DNA of 64,000 nt from Oscillospiraceae bacterium (lineage in GTDB: Bacteria; Bacillota; Clostridia; Oscillospirales; Oscillospiraceae), in assembly GCA_009780435.1 (NCBI GenBank), contig WRAB01000002.1:62420-126419 (forward strand). Reading direction: 5' to 3'. Below the pieces are notes generated by a model. The model saw only the letters and a list, made by a program, of their open reading frames with translations, searched no databases and had not been told where the DNA came from. Every line of letters starts with the position of its first letter. Positions within the stretch are counted from its first letter, which is position 1. Shown here piece by piece: positions 35,601 through 43,895 of this stretch. The position numbers and the translations under genes were made by a program.

Positions 35601-36740
35601 CCGGCCTCACATTACGCCGCCCTCATGGCGGAACGCGTGCGGACATTTGCGCCAACCGGCGAACAATTGAAGCAGGCCGCCCTAATCCTGGCTGACCGAC
35701 CGGCACCCGCCGATTTTTGGGAGGCGGGCCTGCTCCCCGCCAGAGTAAACGCCTACCGCCCGGAACTTCTTGACAAATTGCTGGCAGAGGGCCAGGTGTT
35801 TTGGCATCTGAACGAGGAAGGCCTTCGTTTTCACGCCCATGCGGACGTGGATTGGGACGCGGACATTGACGCGCTTTTGGCCCAGATCGAGTTGAACCCG
35901 GACGAGGAATTGGTGATGCAGACCTTGCGGCGGCGCGGGGCGTCTTTCCTCTCCGCTTTGTCTGTGGAGCCGCAGACCCAGGGGTCTTTGCAAGATGTGC
36001 TGTTTTCGCTGATGGAAAAGGGCCTCATCTATGCGGACAGCTTCATACCCGTGCGCATGTGGCTTAAGCAGGATAAGGACAAAAAAGCCACCGTCCGCCG
36101 CCGGGTCGCAGCGCGGGTGGCGACCACGAGTTCGGGTCGCTGGGATATTCGGCGGCCCCTTAAGCCGCAAAGCATGGAAGAACGGCTTGATCGCGCTTTT
36201 GAGAAAGTCGGTCTGCTCTGCCGTGAAACCGCCGGCCCTCTCTTGGGTGTCTCCTGGGCGACGGCGCTGGAGGCCTTGCGCGTTTGGGAATATACCGGCC
36301 GCGCACGACGGGGCTATTTTGTAGAGGGTCTGTCCGGTGCGCAATATATCCGCTCCGAGGCCTATGCCGCCACGATCCACGGGCTGGCGCACCCCGCGGA
36401 TGAGATCCTCTGGCTGGCGGCGCCGGACCCAAATCAGGTCTGGGGCAAGGCCCTCGCCCACGAGCCGGGGCGACAGTTCACCATCGTCGCCGGCACCGTG
36501 GTCGCGCTCAAACGCGGTGTGCCCATTGCGGTATTTGAGCGGCAGGGACATACTTTGCGGGTGTTTGACCAGGCCGCACTCCCGGAAGCACTGGCCGCCT
36601 TTGCAACAGATTTTCGCAAACAAACGATCTTCCCAGCTCGAAAGCGGCTGACTGTCAAACAATACCCCGAAGCTACAGCGGAGGTTTTAGCCGCTGCCGG
36701 ATTTAAGCAAGTGATGTTAGACTACGTGCTCTACCGGTAA
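32607..36740 (+). CDS. lhr: Lhr-type large ATP-dependent SF2 helicase (long form with a C-terminal extension)
   Basis: 1377 aa. Helicase motifs present are APTGTGKT, DELH, SAT and QRLGRAGH. The long C-terminal region contains RRGYFVEGLSGAQY, which is typical of Lhr. Confidence 0.9.
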   Translation: MNTPTPYKKIFQVPTSSWFERTLGAPTDVQREAWPAIASGKHALVSAPTGTGKTLSAFLVFIDQMMAEARAGALEPGLQVVYISPLKSLAGDIRENLYRPLDGIAGKDGSPLTIAVRTGDTSPAERQKMAKKPPHILITTPESLYLLLTSGSGRNMLKTARAVIADELHAMIDSKRGAHFMLSLARLDVLCGRPLQRVGLSATIEPLSLAADYLSNGDTPVEIIAPAMHKEFEIQIANPFPGGILPEGTIWPEIAQKVIEACRGARSVIAFTEGRLMAEQLAYYVNQAEGEGFARTHHGSVSKEQRFEVEHDLRAGRLRLLCATSSMELGIDVGEIDLVLQVACPNSIASLMQRLGRAGHNPGRTSRLIMFPRMVSENLYSALTAQAAREGGIEQARPPRLCLDVLAQHLVSMAASSAYTVDDVMALLPHAYPFRGVSREDVYTVLQMLAGDYEHERDLPVRPRLYYDRIHQRVEGDAYSRMLATSAPGTIPDTGMYAAKTEGGVKIGDLDEEFVIEQRVGFKFLLGSFAWRIAAVDKDTVTVVQSSPEGARPAWWRHGGQGRDTQTGLIFGRQMRQLAEAAQAGELLSRLERLGLEAPAARDTADFIERQAAATGILPDDRNLIAEHFCDEVGLHQVMIHSIYGRRVNAPLAILLTLTAKHLTGMDVDAYDDDDGILLMARGERTLPEGLLQAIRPETAKSILEAALPGTPLFNTSFRHNAGRALMMGVRKHTRNPLWIQRVRASEMMDGAIRHPDHPLIRETKRECLEDTWDLPGLERLLSDMQSGTVQVRELYLDDPSPMSLPLRRQAEVDLVYAYTPTTENILTAAAEAAQTAVNEAIKPNTNQLTRVSQRQKLPEDVRSLHTTLMIEGDLIAGELPVPLEWFETLAEAGRCLYIEPGLWIAAEHEAVYQAALEEGGAEARQTMVRRALRYRGAMDAVELAKRYFWPRETAQVVLEALCEQGSVILDAGLYYHAELYERARRATITERRQVQTVPASHYAALMAERVRTFAPTGEQLKQAALILADRPAPADFWEAGLLPARVNAYRPELLDKLLAEGQVFWHLNEEGLRFHAHADVDWDADIDALLAQIELNPDEELVMQTLRRRGASFLSALSVEPQTQGSLQDVLFSLMEKGLIYADSFIPVRMWLKQDKDKKATVRRRVAARVATTSSGRWDIRRPLKPQSMEERLDRAFEKVGLLCRETAGPLLGVSWATALEALRVWEYTGRARRGYFVEGLSGAQYIRSEAYAATIHGLAHPADEILWLAAPDPNQVWGKALAHEPGRQFTIVAGTVVALKRGVPIAVFERQGHTLRVFDQAALPEALAAFATDFRKQTIFPARKRLTVKQYPEATAEVLAAAGFKQVMLDYVLYR

Positions 36741-36760
36741 ATTATGATGATCCCACATGG

Positions 36761-36799
36761 AAACGCTGTCGATTTCTATCGACAGCGTTTTCTTTTTTT
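36761..36799 (+). terminator. Intrinsic terminator of lhr
   Basis: A 13-bp stem, aaacgctgtcgat / atcgacagcgttt, followed by TCTTTTTTT. Confidence 0.85.
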
Positions 36800-36838
36800 A
36801 GTATAATGAAGTCAATTCTGGAAAGGGGCTAAAGTGAT

Positions 36839-38020
36839 ATGTGTCGTAGAGTATTTGTCCTGCTTCTTGCGTTTTTATTGATTCTCCCCATAAGTGCCAC
36901 TGCGTACGCCCAAAGCACGCTTGTCAGCGACCCGTACGATATTTTAGTTTTAGTAAACCGAGACAATCGGTTGAGCCAGGACTTTTGGCCGGGAGATATG
37001 ATCCCCGTGGGGAACGGACAGCTCATGCGGTATCGGGCGGCGAATGCATTTTTATCCATGCAGCGCTCTATGAACGCAGATGGACTATTCTTAACCGTGC
37101 GCTCCGGATTTCGCAGCTATGAGACACAGCGCACCATATTCAACAATGCCGTGCGCAATCAGGGGCTGGCATCTGCCGAGAGATGGATCGCCCGGCCCGG
37201 GCACTCAGAGCACCAGACCGGTTTGGCGGTGGACATTCTACAGCGTGGGTTCACGGGGTCGCCCCTGAGCAGTGCTAGGTTCCAAACCACGCCGCAATTT
37301 GCGTGGCTGCACCGACACGCCCACACCTATGGGTTCATCATGCGATACCCGGGCGAATATGAGCACATTACGGGATTTGCCTTTGAGCCTTGGCACTGGA
37401 GATACATCGGCGTGGAATCCGCCACCTATATGTGGGAAAACGGGTTCCGGGTCTTTGAGACATACATAGAACACCGTGCGGCGAGACCGCCCGCCCCCCC
37501 CGAACCCACCGGCCCCAGCCACTGGGCGGTGGAGCAGGTAGAGGCGGCCATCACAGCGGGGCTTGTGCCGGCGCATCTACAATCATACTATACACAGGTC
37601 ATTACCCGTGCGGAGTTTACGGCCCTGGTGGTCACACTGTATGAGAGTATGCGGGGTGAAATAACGGGGCGCAGCACATTCACCGACACGGATGATGAGA
37701 ATGTCCAAAAAGCGGCATATATCGACGTTGTGAGAGGCGTGGGCGAGAATCGCTTCGCCCCAGAGGAGGGACTGTCCCGGGAACAGGCGGCAGTTATCCT
37801 GTCCCGCCTGGCAGACGCTATGGATCAACCGCTCCCGAGAGAGGCGGCGACCTTTGCGGACTTCGACAGCGTCTCCGATTGGGCGGCGGATGCAGTGGGC
37901 CACGTACAGGCCGCCGGCATTATGAGAGGCGTGGGGGATAACAACTTTGCGCCCCAAGTGGTACACACCCGGGAAGAGGCGATTGTCACCATGTTGCGGT
38001 TGTTTTATTTGGAGTGGTGA
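36839..38020 (+). CDS. M15B (VanY-type) D-alanyl-D-alanine carboxypeptidase with C-terminal SLH-like repeats
   Basis: A signal peptide is present. The motifs SGFRSYETQ, GHSEHQTGLAVD and EPWHWRY are VanY-type. The C-terminal half has repeats resembling S-layer homology domains. Confidence 0.8.
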   Translation: MCRRVFVLLLAFLLILPISATAYAQSTLVSDPYDILVLVNRDNRLSQDFWPGDMIPVGNGQLMRYRAANAFLSMQRSMNADGLFLTVRSGFRSYETQRTIFNNAVRNQGLASAERWIARPGHSEHQTGLAVDILQRGFTGSPLSSARFQTTPQFAWLHRHAHTYGFIMRYPGEYEHITGFAFEPWHWRYIGVESATYMWENGFRVFETYIEHRAARPPAPPEPTGPSHWAVEQVEAAITAGLVPAHLQSYYTQVITRAEFTALVVTLYESMRGEITGRSTFTDTDDENVQKAAYIDVVRGVGENRFAPEEGLSREQAAVILSRLADAMDQPLPREAATFADFDSVSDWAADAVGHVQAAGIMRGVGDNNFAPQVVHTREEAIVTMLRLFYLEW

Positions 38021-38056
38021 GTTTTTTCCGTGCCACGTATTTTAGCTTGCGCTACG

Positions 38057-38090
38057 CTCCCTGCAATCGAACGAATTGCAGGGAGTTTCT
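38057..38090 (+). terminator. Intrinsic terminator of the carboxypeptidase gene
   Basis: An 11-bp stem, ctccctgcaat / attgcagggag, followed by TTTCT. Confidence 0.7.
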
Positions 38091-38152
38091 ATGTTCAAAC
38101 ACTGGCCTTTTTCGGGCAACTGTGTTACAATATCAGTAATATCCCATTATTT

Positions 38153-38176
38153 TTCCCCCGCCGCAGGCGGGGAGAA
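38153..38176. repeat. GC-rich stem-loop in the leader of the CNNM/CorC gene (core TTCCCCCGCCGcAGGCGGGGAG)
   Basis: Stem ccccgcc / ggcgggg with loop gca. This is the third copy of the recurring core. Confidence 0.55.
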
Positions 38177-38233
38177 TGCGAAAAAACGTTATTGCTTTTT
38201 CGTGCGGGAGCAATCCCATAGGAGCGTGTTATT

Positions 38234-39577
38234 TTGTTACACAGTATCGTCATACTGGTCGTGCTGACCTTGATTAGTGGTGTATTATCGGCCTCTGAAA
38301 TTGCCCTGAGTTCCGCTAACCGCAACCGGGTAAGATTGCTGGCGGAGTCGGGGGATCAAAAGGCGGCCCGGTTGCTTGCTGTCATGGATGAGCCGAATAG
38401 CTTTTTTGCCACGACCCAGTTGTACATCACATTTATCGCCTTTTTTTCCGGGGCCTTTGCCGCAAACGCGTTCACAGGCCCGCTTTTGGCATGGATCGGG
38501 CGGGTGGGGTTGCCCCTGTCCTCGTACGCCGCCGAGCCCGTGGTGTTTATGGTCATTACGGCGCTGCTCACTTATTTTACCCTGATCTTCGGGGAGCTTG
38601 TACCCAAGCGGATCGCCTTGCAACATGCGATTCCCTTTGCCCTGCGGGCCATCTATCTGCTGCGGGTGCTCTCCATTCTCGCCCTGCCTTTTGTGAAGTT
38701 TTTGTCTTTCTCCGCCAAACTGGTGTTGCGGCTAATCGGTATTCGGGGCGAGAAGCCGGAGGAAGATGTCACAAAAGAGGATATCCGCCTCATGGTGGAG
38801 TCGGGCAGTGAACACGGCCACATCGCAGAGAGCGAACAGGGGATGATCGAAAATATCTTCACCTTCGACACCCTGACCGCCGCCGAAATCTGCACCCACC
38901 GGATCGACGTGATCGCACTGCCCATAGACGCCGATTTTGAAACCGTCATCGCCCTGTTGACCGATGAGAACTACACCCGTGTGCCGGTCTATGAGGAGAG
39001 CCTGGACCACATCCAGGGGATTTTGCACTTCAAAGATGTGATGCACTATATGGCAAGCCATCCCGACGGCGCAGATTTTGATCTAAAGCCCCTGCTCCGT
39101 GAGCCGTATTTTGTCCCCTCCTCCAAGAAGATCGGCGAGCTGTTTCAGGAGATGCAAAAAGAACGCACCTATATGGCTGTGGTCATCGACGAATACGGCG
39201 GCACCCTGGGAATTGTCACCATGGAGGACTTAGTCGAGGAAATCGTAGGCGGCATCCAGGACGAGTACGACACGGACGAGGTGCCGGACATCGTCCCCCT
39301 GGACGAAAACACATTTGAGATCCAAGGCGGGACCTATCTGGAGACAGTGGGGGACTTTTTCGAGGTCGAATTGCCCCTTGGCGAATACGATACCCTGAGC
39401 GGATTCTTGGTGGGACAACTGGGCTATATCCCCACAGAAGACGAAAAGCCGGAAGTCGTATTTGAGGGCCTCGCCTTCCAGATCGAACACATACAGGAGA
39501 AACGGGTGGTCACGGCAAAGGTGACCAAGTGTCCTGTAGAAGAGGAGAGAGAGCCCGCCTCTGACGATGCGGAGTAA
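38234..39577 (+). CDS. CNNM/DUF21 - CBS pair - CorC_HlyC domain membrane protein (haemolysin-family / Mg/Co efflux-like)
   Basis: 447 aa. The N-terminal 4-TM DUF21 domain, the CBS region and the C-terminal transporter-associated domain are all present. The start is TTG with an AGGAG RBS. Confidence 0.85.
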   Translation: MLHSIVILVVLTLISGVLSASEIALSSANRNRVRLLAESGDQKAARLLAVMDEPNSFFATTQLYITFIAFFSGAFAANAFTGPLLAWIGRVGLPLSSYAAEPVVFMVITALLTYFTLIFGELVPKRIALQHAIPFALRAIYLLRVLSILALPFVKFLSFSAKLVLRLIGIRGEKPEEDVTKEDIRLMVESGSEHGHIAESEQGMIENIFTFDTLTAAEICTHRIDVIALPIDADFETVIALLTDENYTRVPVYEESLDHIQGILHFKDVMHYMASHPDGADFDLKPLLREPYFVPSSKKIGELFQEMQKERTYMAVVIDEYGGTLGIVTMEDLVEEIVGGIQDEYDTDEVPDIVPLDENTFEIQGGTYLETVGDFFEVELPLGEYDTLSGFLVGQLGYIPTEDEKPEVVFEGLAFQIEHIQEKRVVTAKVTKCPVEEEREPASDDAE

Positions 39578-39595
39578 TAAGGTCTATACAAAAAA

Positions 39596-39628
39596 GAACC
39601 GCTGTCGATTACAATTCGACAGCGGTTC
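39596..39628. terminator. Bidirectional terminator between convergent genes
   Basis: A 13-bp stem, gaaccgctgtcga / tcgacagcggttc, with an A-run upstream and a T-rich tail downstream. Confidence 0.8.
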
Positions 39629-39675
39629 TCTTGTTTGCAACGGCGCTCCGAGCGTGCCGCGTCCTATAGAATGAA

Positions 39676-40740
39676 CTAGCTTTCTTCAGTTTGTTCTTCT
39701 TGTGCTTTTTCTTGCGGCTCTTCCGGTACTTCCGTCGGGGCATCTTCTTGCGCTTCTTTCTGTAGACGGGCCCGATCCAGTATTTCTTGCCGCCGCAACC
39801 GCTCTTTCTTTGGCGTGCGCAGGGCGAGCCAGATCACGAGTGCGACGATTCCCAAGATCGGGAGCCAGGGAAGGACGGCGACCAGAACCATCAAAGTGCC
39901 TCGGGCGAAGGCGGCCAGTGCGCTGAGACTGTTTGAGCCGATCTGACCAAGCCGTTCGAGGAATGTCGGCGGATCAACCGGAGGCACATCTTGTGGGAGA
40001 AATGCTTCAAACAGCGAGATCTCTACGGTTGAGTAAATCACACGATCTGTAATTGTCGCCTGGGTTCTCTCCTGTTCTCGGATGAGGCGGCGCACTTCGG
40101 TCAATCTGGTTTGCAGGGCGAGCTGCTCGTCGCCCTCCGCGTCTTCCAGCTGATCGACCAGTAAGCTCTCTTCTTCGCGCAGATCATCTAGGGTTCCGGC
40201 AGTCTGCTGGTAGCGCTCGGTCTCATCCACTGTTCTCTGCCGCAACCACCAAATGTTGTAGGTGTTCTCGACCATCACGATGAAGTCCTCGAGAGTTTCG
40301 GTGGGAACCCGGAAGACAAAGCTTGCATGTCGATCCAGGCTCGGGGGGACCCGCATATCGTGTCCGTGTATTTCCATGTCTGTGAGATAGCCCCTCAGGC
40401 TGCCCACCTCATTGAGGAGTGTGCGCACCCCCGGCAGGAAGCTATCTGTTTGCAGATGCATCGTGACGGTATAGACCATCTGCCGGCCCCGATCATCCGA
40501 AGGGGTTAAAATCGGAAGAGGCAGAAAACTCTCATCGTCGGTGGGCCAATGTATGGACTCGGCGGCAGAGTACACGGCATCCCAATCCGCTGCCTCCTCG
40601 AATACAGGAGCCGCCGCGGGAGCGGGTGGCGCTGTCGCGGCAGGTGCTTCTACGGCGGGCGCGGGCATGTCGGAGCCGCCGCAAGCCGTCACAGTGAGCA
40701 GAAGCAGTATGGCGAGAGCAAATAGAGCAAGTTTTCGCAT
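39676..40740 (-). CDS. DUF4349-family lipoprotein
   Basis: The lipoprotein signal is MRKLALFALAILLLLTVTAC. The protein has a coiled-coil middle, a C-terminal TM segment and an acidic tail. The internal AAAGGAGG makes the second ATG (40740) the likely start. Confidence 0.7.
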   Translation of the reverse strand: MRKLALFALAILLLLTVTACGGSDMPAPAVEAPAATAPPAPAAAPVFEEAADWDAVYSAAESIHWPTDDESFLPLPILTPSDDRGRQMVYTVTMHLQTDSFLPGVRTLLNEVGSLRGYLTDMEIHGHDMRVPPSLDRHASFVFRVPTETLEDFIVMVENTYNIWWLRQRTVDETERYQQTAGTLDDLREEESLLVDQLEDAEGDEQLALQTRLTEVRRLIREQERTQATITDRVIYSTVEISLFEAFLPQDVPPVDPPTFLERLGQIGSNSLSALAAFARGTLMVLVAVLPWLPILGIVALVIWLALRTPKKERLRRQEILDRARLQKEAQEDAPTEVPEEPQEKAQEEQTEES

Positions 40741-40897
40741 AGGTAGGTTCCTCCTTTTCATTGATATCCTCTTATCATCTTTTGCCGGACTTACCCGTTT
40801 AGACGGAAACCCTACGGGTTTGTTCCCATTGTTGCATAAAATGTCGAAAATGGCAAGCGGTGCAGATCATTGGCCGCACCGCTTGCTTTGTAGGAAC

Positions 40898-41089
40898 TCA
40901 CTTGAGGCCTCTGTCCTCGTCGCTGATTGGAATCTCCCCGTGGGCCGACTCGTATTCTTCAATGCAAGTTTGGGCGAGAAATTCCAACTGCGCGTTTAGA
41001 GAGCGTCGATTGCGTTTAGCGATATACGTTATTTTGATAAGCATATCTTCTTCCAAGCGAAGACCTGTTTGTACTTTTGTTGTTGCCAT
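40898..41089 (-). CDS. Ribbon-helix-helix (Arc/CopG-like) DNA-binding protein
   Basis: MATTKVQTGLRLEEDMLIKITYIAKRNRRSLNAQLEFLAQ fits the beta-strand/helix/helix pattern of RHH proteins. Confidence 0.65.
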   Translation of the reverse strand: MATTKVQTGLRLEEDMLIKITYIAKRNRRSLNAQLEFLAQTCIEEYESAHGEIPISDEDRGLK

Positions 41090-41197
41090 GATAACACCTC
41101 GCAATTATTGTGTTATCACTATAATAAGATAAATTTTATTGACCGAATGCGGACAAAATGATACCATGGTGCTACCGAAACGAAGGAGGTTGATTTC

Positions 41198-41434
41198 ATG
41201 GCAAACTATAGGCCCAATTTTGAAAAAATGTATTTTATACAGGTCCGCGCCTTAGAGAAGGCGATCCGCACGTTACAAGTGTCCCAAGGACAGATCGGGC
41301 GCACGATCTGCATGTTGCAGGCGGCCCAGGCCCAAGCCGAGCAATTGTACATTGACGCAGAGCCATCCGTGGTCACGCTTTCGTTTTTGAGAGACGGAGA
41401 GAAAAGAGAAGATGAGGCCGCCACAGAGAAATGA
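41198..41434 (+). CDS. Hypothetical 78-aa helical protein
   Basis: A strong GAAGGAGG RBS is present. The gene is divergent from the RHH gene. I do not recognise a family. Confidence 0.5.
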   Translation: MANYRPNFEKMYFIQVRALEKAIRTLQVSQGQIGRTICMLQAAQAQAEQLYIDAEPSVVTLSFLRDGEKREDEAATEK

Positions 41435-41526
41435 CGAGGGGATGGGTACAGGGCGGCCCGTTTCCAACAATTTGCCGCCGGATTGATTTTCTGCTATACT
41501 ATCTTGGGATGAAAGGAGTGCTGACC

Positions 41527-42504
41527 ATGGAGCATCAATCAATCAAGCGAGTCGGTGTGCTGACCAGCGGCGGAGATGCGCCGGGGATGAATGCCGCCAT
41601 CCGAGCTATCGTGCGCTCGGCTGCAACCCGTGATATCTCTGTACTGGGCGTCCGTCGCGGGTTTAGCGGTCTGTTAAATGGTGATATGGTGGAGCTGTCG
41701 GGCCGCGGCGTAAACGGCCTTTTGCCCCGAGGCGGCACCATGCTCTACACGGCCCGCTGCCCGGAGATGCATACAGATGAAGGGCTGGAGAAAGCCGCCA
41801 ACATGTGCCGCTACATGGGGATGGACGGCCTTGTGGTCATCGGCGGCGACGGCAGCTTCCGAGGCGCGCTGGCCCTCTCCCAGAAAGGGATTCCCACTGT
41901 GGGGGTTCCGGCAACCATTGACAACGACATCGTCTGCACCGACTACACCATCGGCTTTGACACGGCCTGTAATACGGCCATTGATTGTATTGACAAACTG
42001 CGGGACACCATGCAGTCCCACGAGCGCTGTTCCGTCGTCGAGGTCATGGGGCGCAAGGCGGGACACTTGGCCCTCCACGTGGGTGTGGCCGTGGGCGCGA
42101 CGTGCACCCTCCTGCCGGAGCACGATACGGATTTTCACTCCGCGGTCATTGAACCCATCCGCATGGGTCGCTTAAACGGGCGGAATCACCACGTTATCAT
42201 CGTCGCCGAGGGCTATGGCCACGCCCAGGACGTAGCGACACAGGTGGAGGCGGCCACAGGCATCGACACCCGTGTGACGATCTTGGGACACATCCAGCGG
42301 GGCGGCACCCCCAGCGCCCAGGATCGGGTTATCGCCACCCAGATGGGCTACCACGCCGTGAAAATCCTCATGGATGGAAAAAGCCAGCGCGTCGTGGCCT
42401 ACGAGGGCCGCAGCGTGACCGATTACGATATCGAAGAAGGCCTCTCCAGAGAAAAGCACTTAGACCTGGACCTCTTTGAGGTGGAACAGACGGTGGCGAC
42501 ATAG
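41527..42504 (+). CDS. pfkA: ATP-dependent 6-phosphofructokinase
   Basis: IKRVGVLTSGGDAPGMNAAIRAIVR, GGDGS and PATIDND are present. A GAAAGGAG RBS precedes ATG 41527. Confidence 0.95.
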   Translation: MEHQSIKRVGVLTSGGDAPGMNAAIRAIVRSAATRDISVLGVRRGFSGLLNGDMVELSGRGVNGLLPRGGTMLYTARCPEMHTDEGLEKAANMCRYMGMDGLVVIGGDGSFRGALALSQKGIPTVGVPATIDNDIVCTDYTIGFDTACNTAIDCIDKLRDTMQSHERCSVVEVMGRKAGHLALHVGVAVGATCTLLPEHDTDFHSAVIEPIRMGRLNGRNHHVIIVAEGYGHAQDVATQVEAATGIDTRVTILGHIQRGGTPSAQDRVIATQMGYHAVKILMDGKSQRVVAYEGRSVTDYDIEEGLSREKHLDLDLFEVEQTVAT

Positions 42505-42522
42505 AAGGTCATCGCTGAAAGA

Positions 42523-43629
42523 CTACTTTTTAAACCCCTCCTGTATCCGCCCCCGAATTTCCTTTCGGACAGTTTTTGCCAACTTGCCGGAGGCGACTTT
42601 CGTTTCTTTCTCTGACTTTGCCAAAGCCATAAGAACAGAACCAAAACTGCCAACGCCGCCCTTTGGTACATCAAAAATGCTTTTTGCTCCACTTGCGCCA
42701 AGTGCATGAAAGAAGTGATTGGTGAACGCTTTGCGCTCTGCTACGTCCATATCCTCCAACCATTCGCTTATTATCGTATTTAATGTTTTGCTATCGGGAT
42801 GCAGATCATCCACAGTGACAAAACGATCTCTGTTTACAACCCAGCTCATGGAGTCATGTTGCAAAATGCCGTATGTATCACTTTTTACAATCTGTTTTTC
42901 TGAATCATTTTCAAACAGCATCCCAATGACACAGAACTGTGGAACAATCCGCTGTATTTTGTTTTTGATTTGGCTATATTTTTCTTCAACAAGGATTTCC
43001 TTGCTCAATCCGGGGCCGTCGTTGTTATAAATTGCAATCATTTGGGGGTTTAGCTCATCCCGGCACATCATGGCGGCATAGACGGCAAGATTTCCGCCTT
43101 TGGAGTGGCCTCCGATACGATACATTTCGTCTGGCAGCATCGCCTTTTCCAAATAGCGAACCGCTTCCACCTGTGCAGGGATGAGTTGAAAGGACGTGGA
43201 AAAATCCTCCCGCCAACCGATAATGGTTTGGTCTGTGCCGCGAAAGGCAATATAGGTTGTGTTATCGTCTAATTCAATGCACATGGCGGCAAATTGCATC
43301 TGCCGAATCTCGTCATAGATATCCACAAGGCGCGAAAGCCTTGCGCCACCAAATCTATCAGATGCCGCCAGCTTTTCCAAAAGAGAGGTATATACATCTG
43401 AAAAACGGTTCCCTTTTGTTGCAGTAACTTTTTCGCTGCGCGACCTTATTTTTTTATAGGCATCCCGTATTGTAGTGCTGCGCGAACCGGGGGTACTGAT
43501 ATCCGGGACAATGTCCATAAAATCAATATAGACCAACTCGCAAAGAATCAGGTTATCAACACTGTTAAATCCGCGCTCTGCAAAGGTGATATCACCGCGC
43601 CAGTCAAGATAGGTTAAGATATTATGCAT
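42523..43629 (-). CDS. Mbeg1-like / DUF2974 alpha/beta hydrolase (lipase-like)
   Basis: The N-terminus is MHNILTYLDWRGDITF, and GGHSKGGNLAVYAAM is the nucleophile elbow. GC is lower than in the flanking genes. Confidence 0.75.
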   Translation of the reverse strand: MHNILTYLDWRGDITFAERGFNSVDNLILCELVYIDFMDIVPDISTPGSRSTTIRDAYKKIRSRSEKVTATKGNRFSDVYTSLLEKLAASDRFGGARLSRLVDIYDEIRQMQFAAMCIELDDNTTYIAFRGTDQTIIGWREDFSTSFQLIPAQVEAVRYLEKAMLPDEMYRIGGHSKGGNLAVYAAMMCRDELNPQMIAIYNNDGPGLSKEILVEEKYSQIKNKIQRIVPQFCVIGMLFENDSEKQIVKSDTYGILQHDSMSWVVNRDRFVTVDDLHPDSKTLNTIISEWLEDMDVAERKAFTNHFFHALGASGAKSIFDVPKGGVGSFGSVLMALAKSEKETKVASGKLAKTVRKEIRGRIQEGFKK

Positions 43630-43828
43630 AACACACCGTCCCCTGTTACTCATGCGTTTTTGATCAACTTTCATTATCTGCAATTATACCGTATAGATAT
43701 CAATAAAACAACCAGACCATCATGCCGCCGTAAGACAAGGCGGCTTTGGTATTATGGGTACGTGTGTAGGGCGTGGCACCTCACAAGCCGTTTGGTACAA
43801 TTTTTTGAAAAATGTTTATATTGTTTTG

Positions 43829-43857
43829 GTTGAAATCAATGCAAAAAATCTGTATAA
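43829..43857 (+). promoter_or_regulatory. Strong sigma-A promoter of the activase-like operon
   Basis: TTGAAA, a 17-nt spacer ending in TG, then TATAAT. Confidence 0.7.
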
Positions 43858-43895
43858 TGATATGATTGTCTTTTACCCAATGGAGAAAGGTTTCT

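Noticed and set aside
38091-38233. A riboswitch (M-box or Mn-type) in the leader of the CNNM/CorC-family gene.
   Set aside because: The leader from the putative -10 to the start is only about 95 nt, too short for an M-box. It is dominated by the generic CCCCGCC hairpin, which also occurs at unrelated loci. I saw no conserved riboswitch core motifs.
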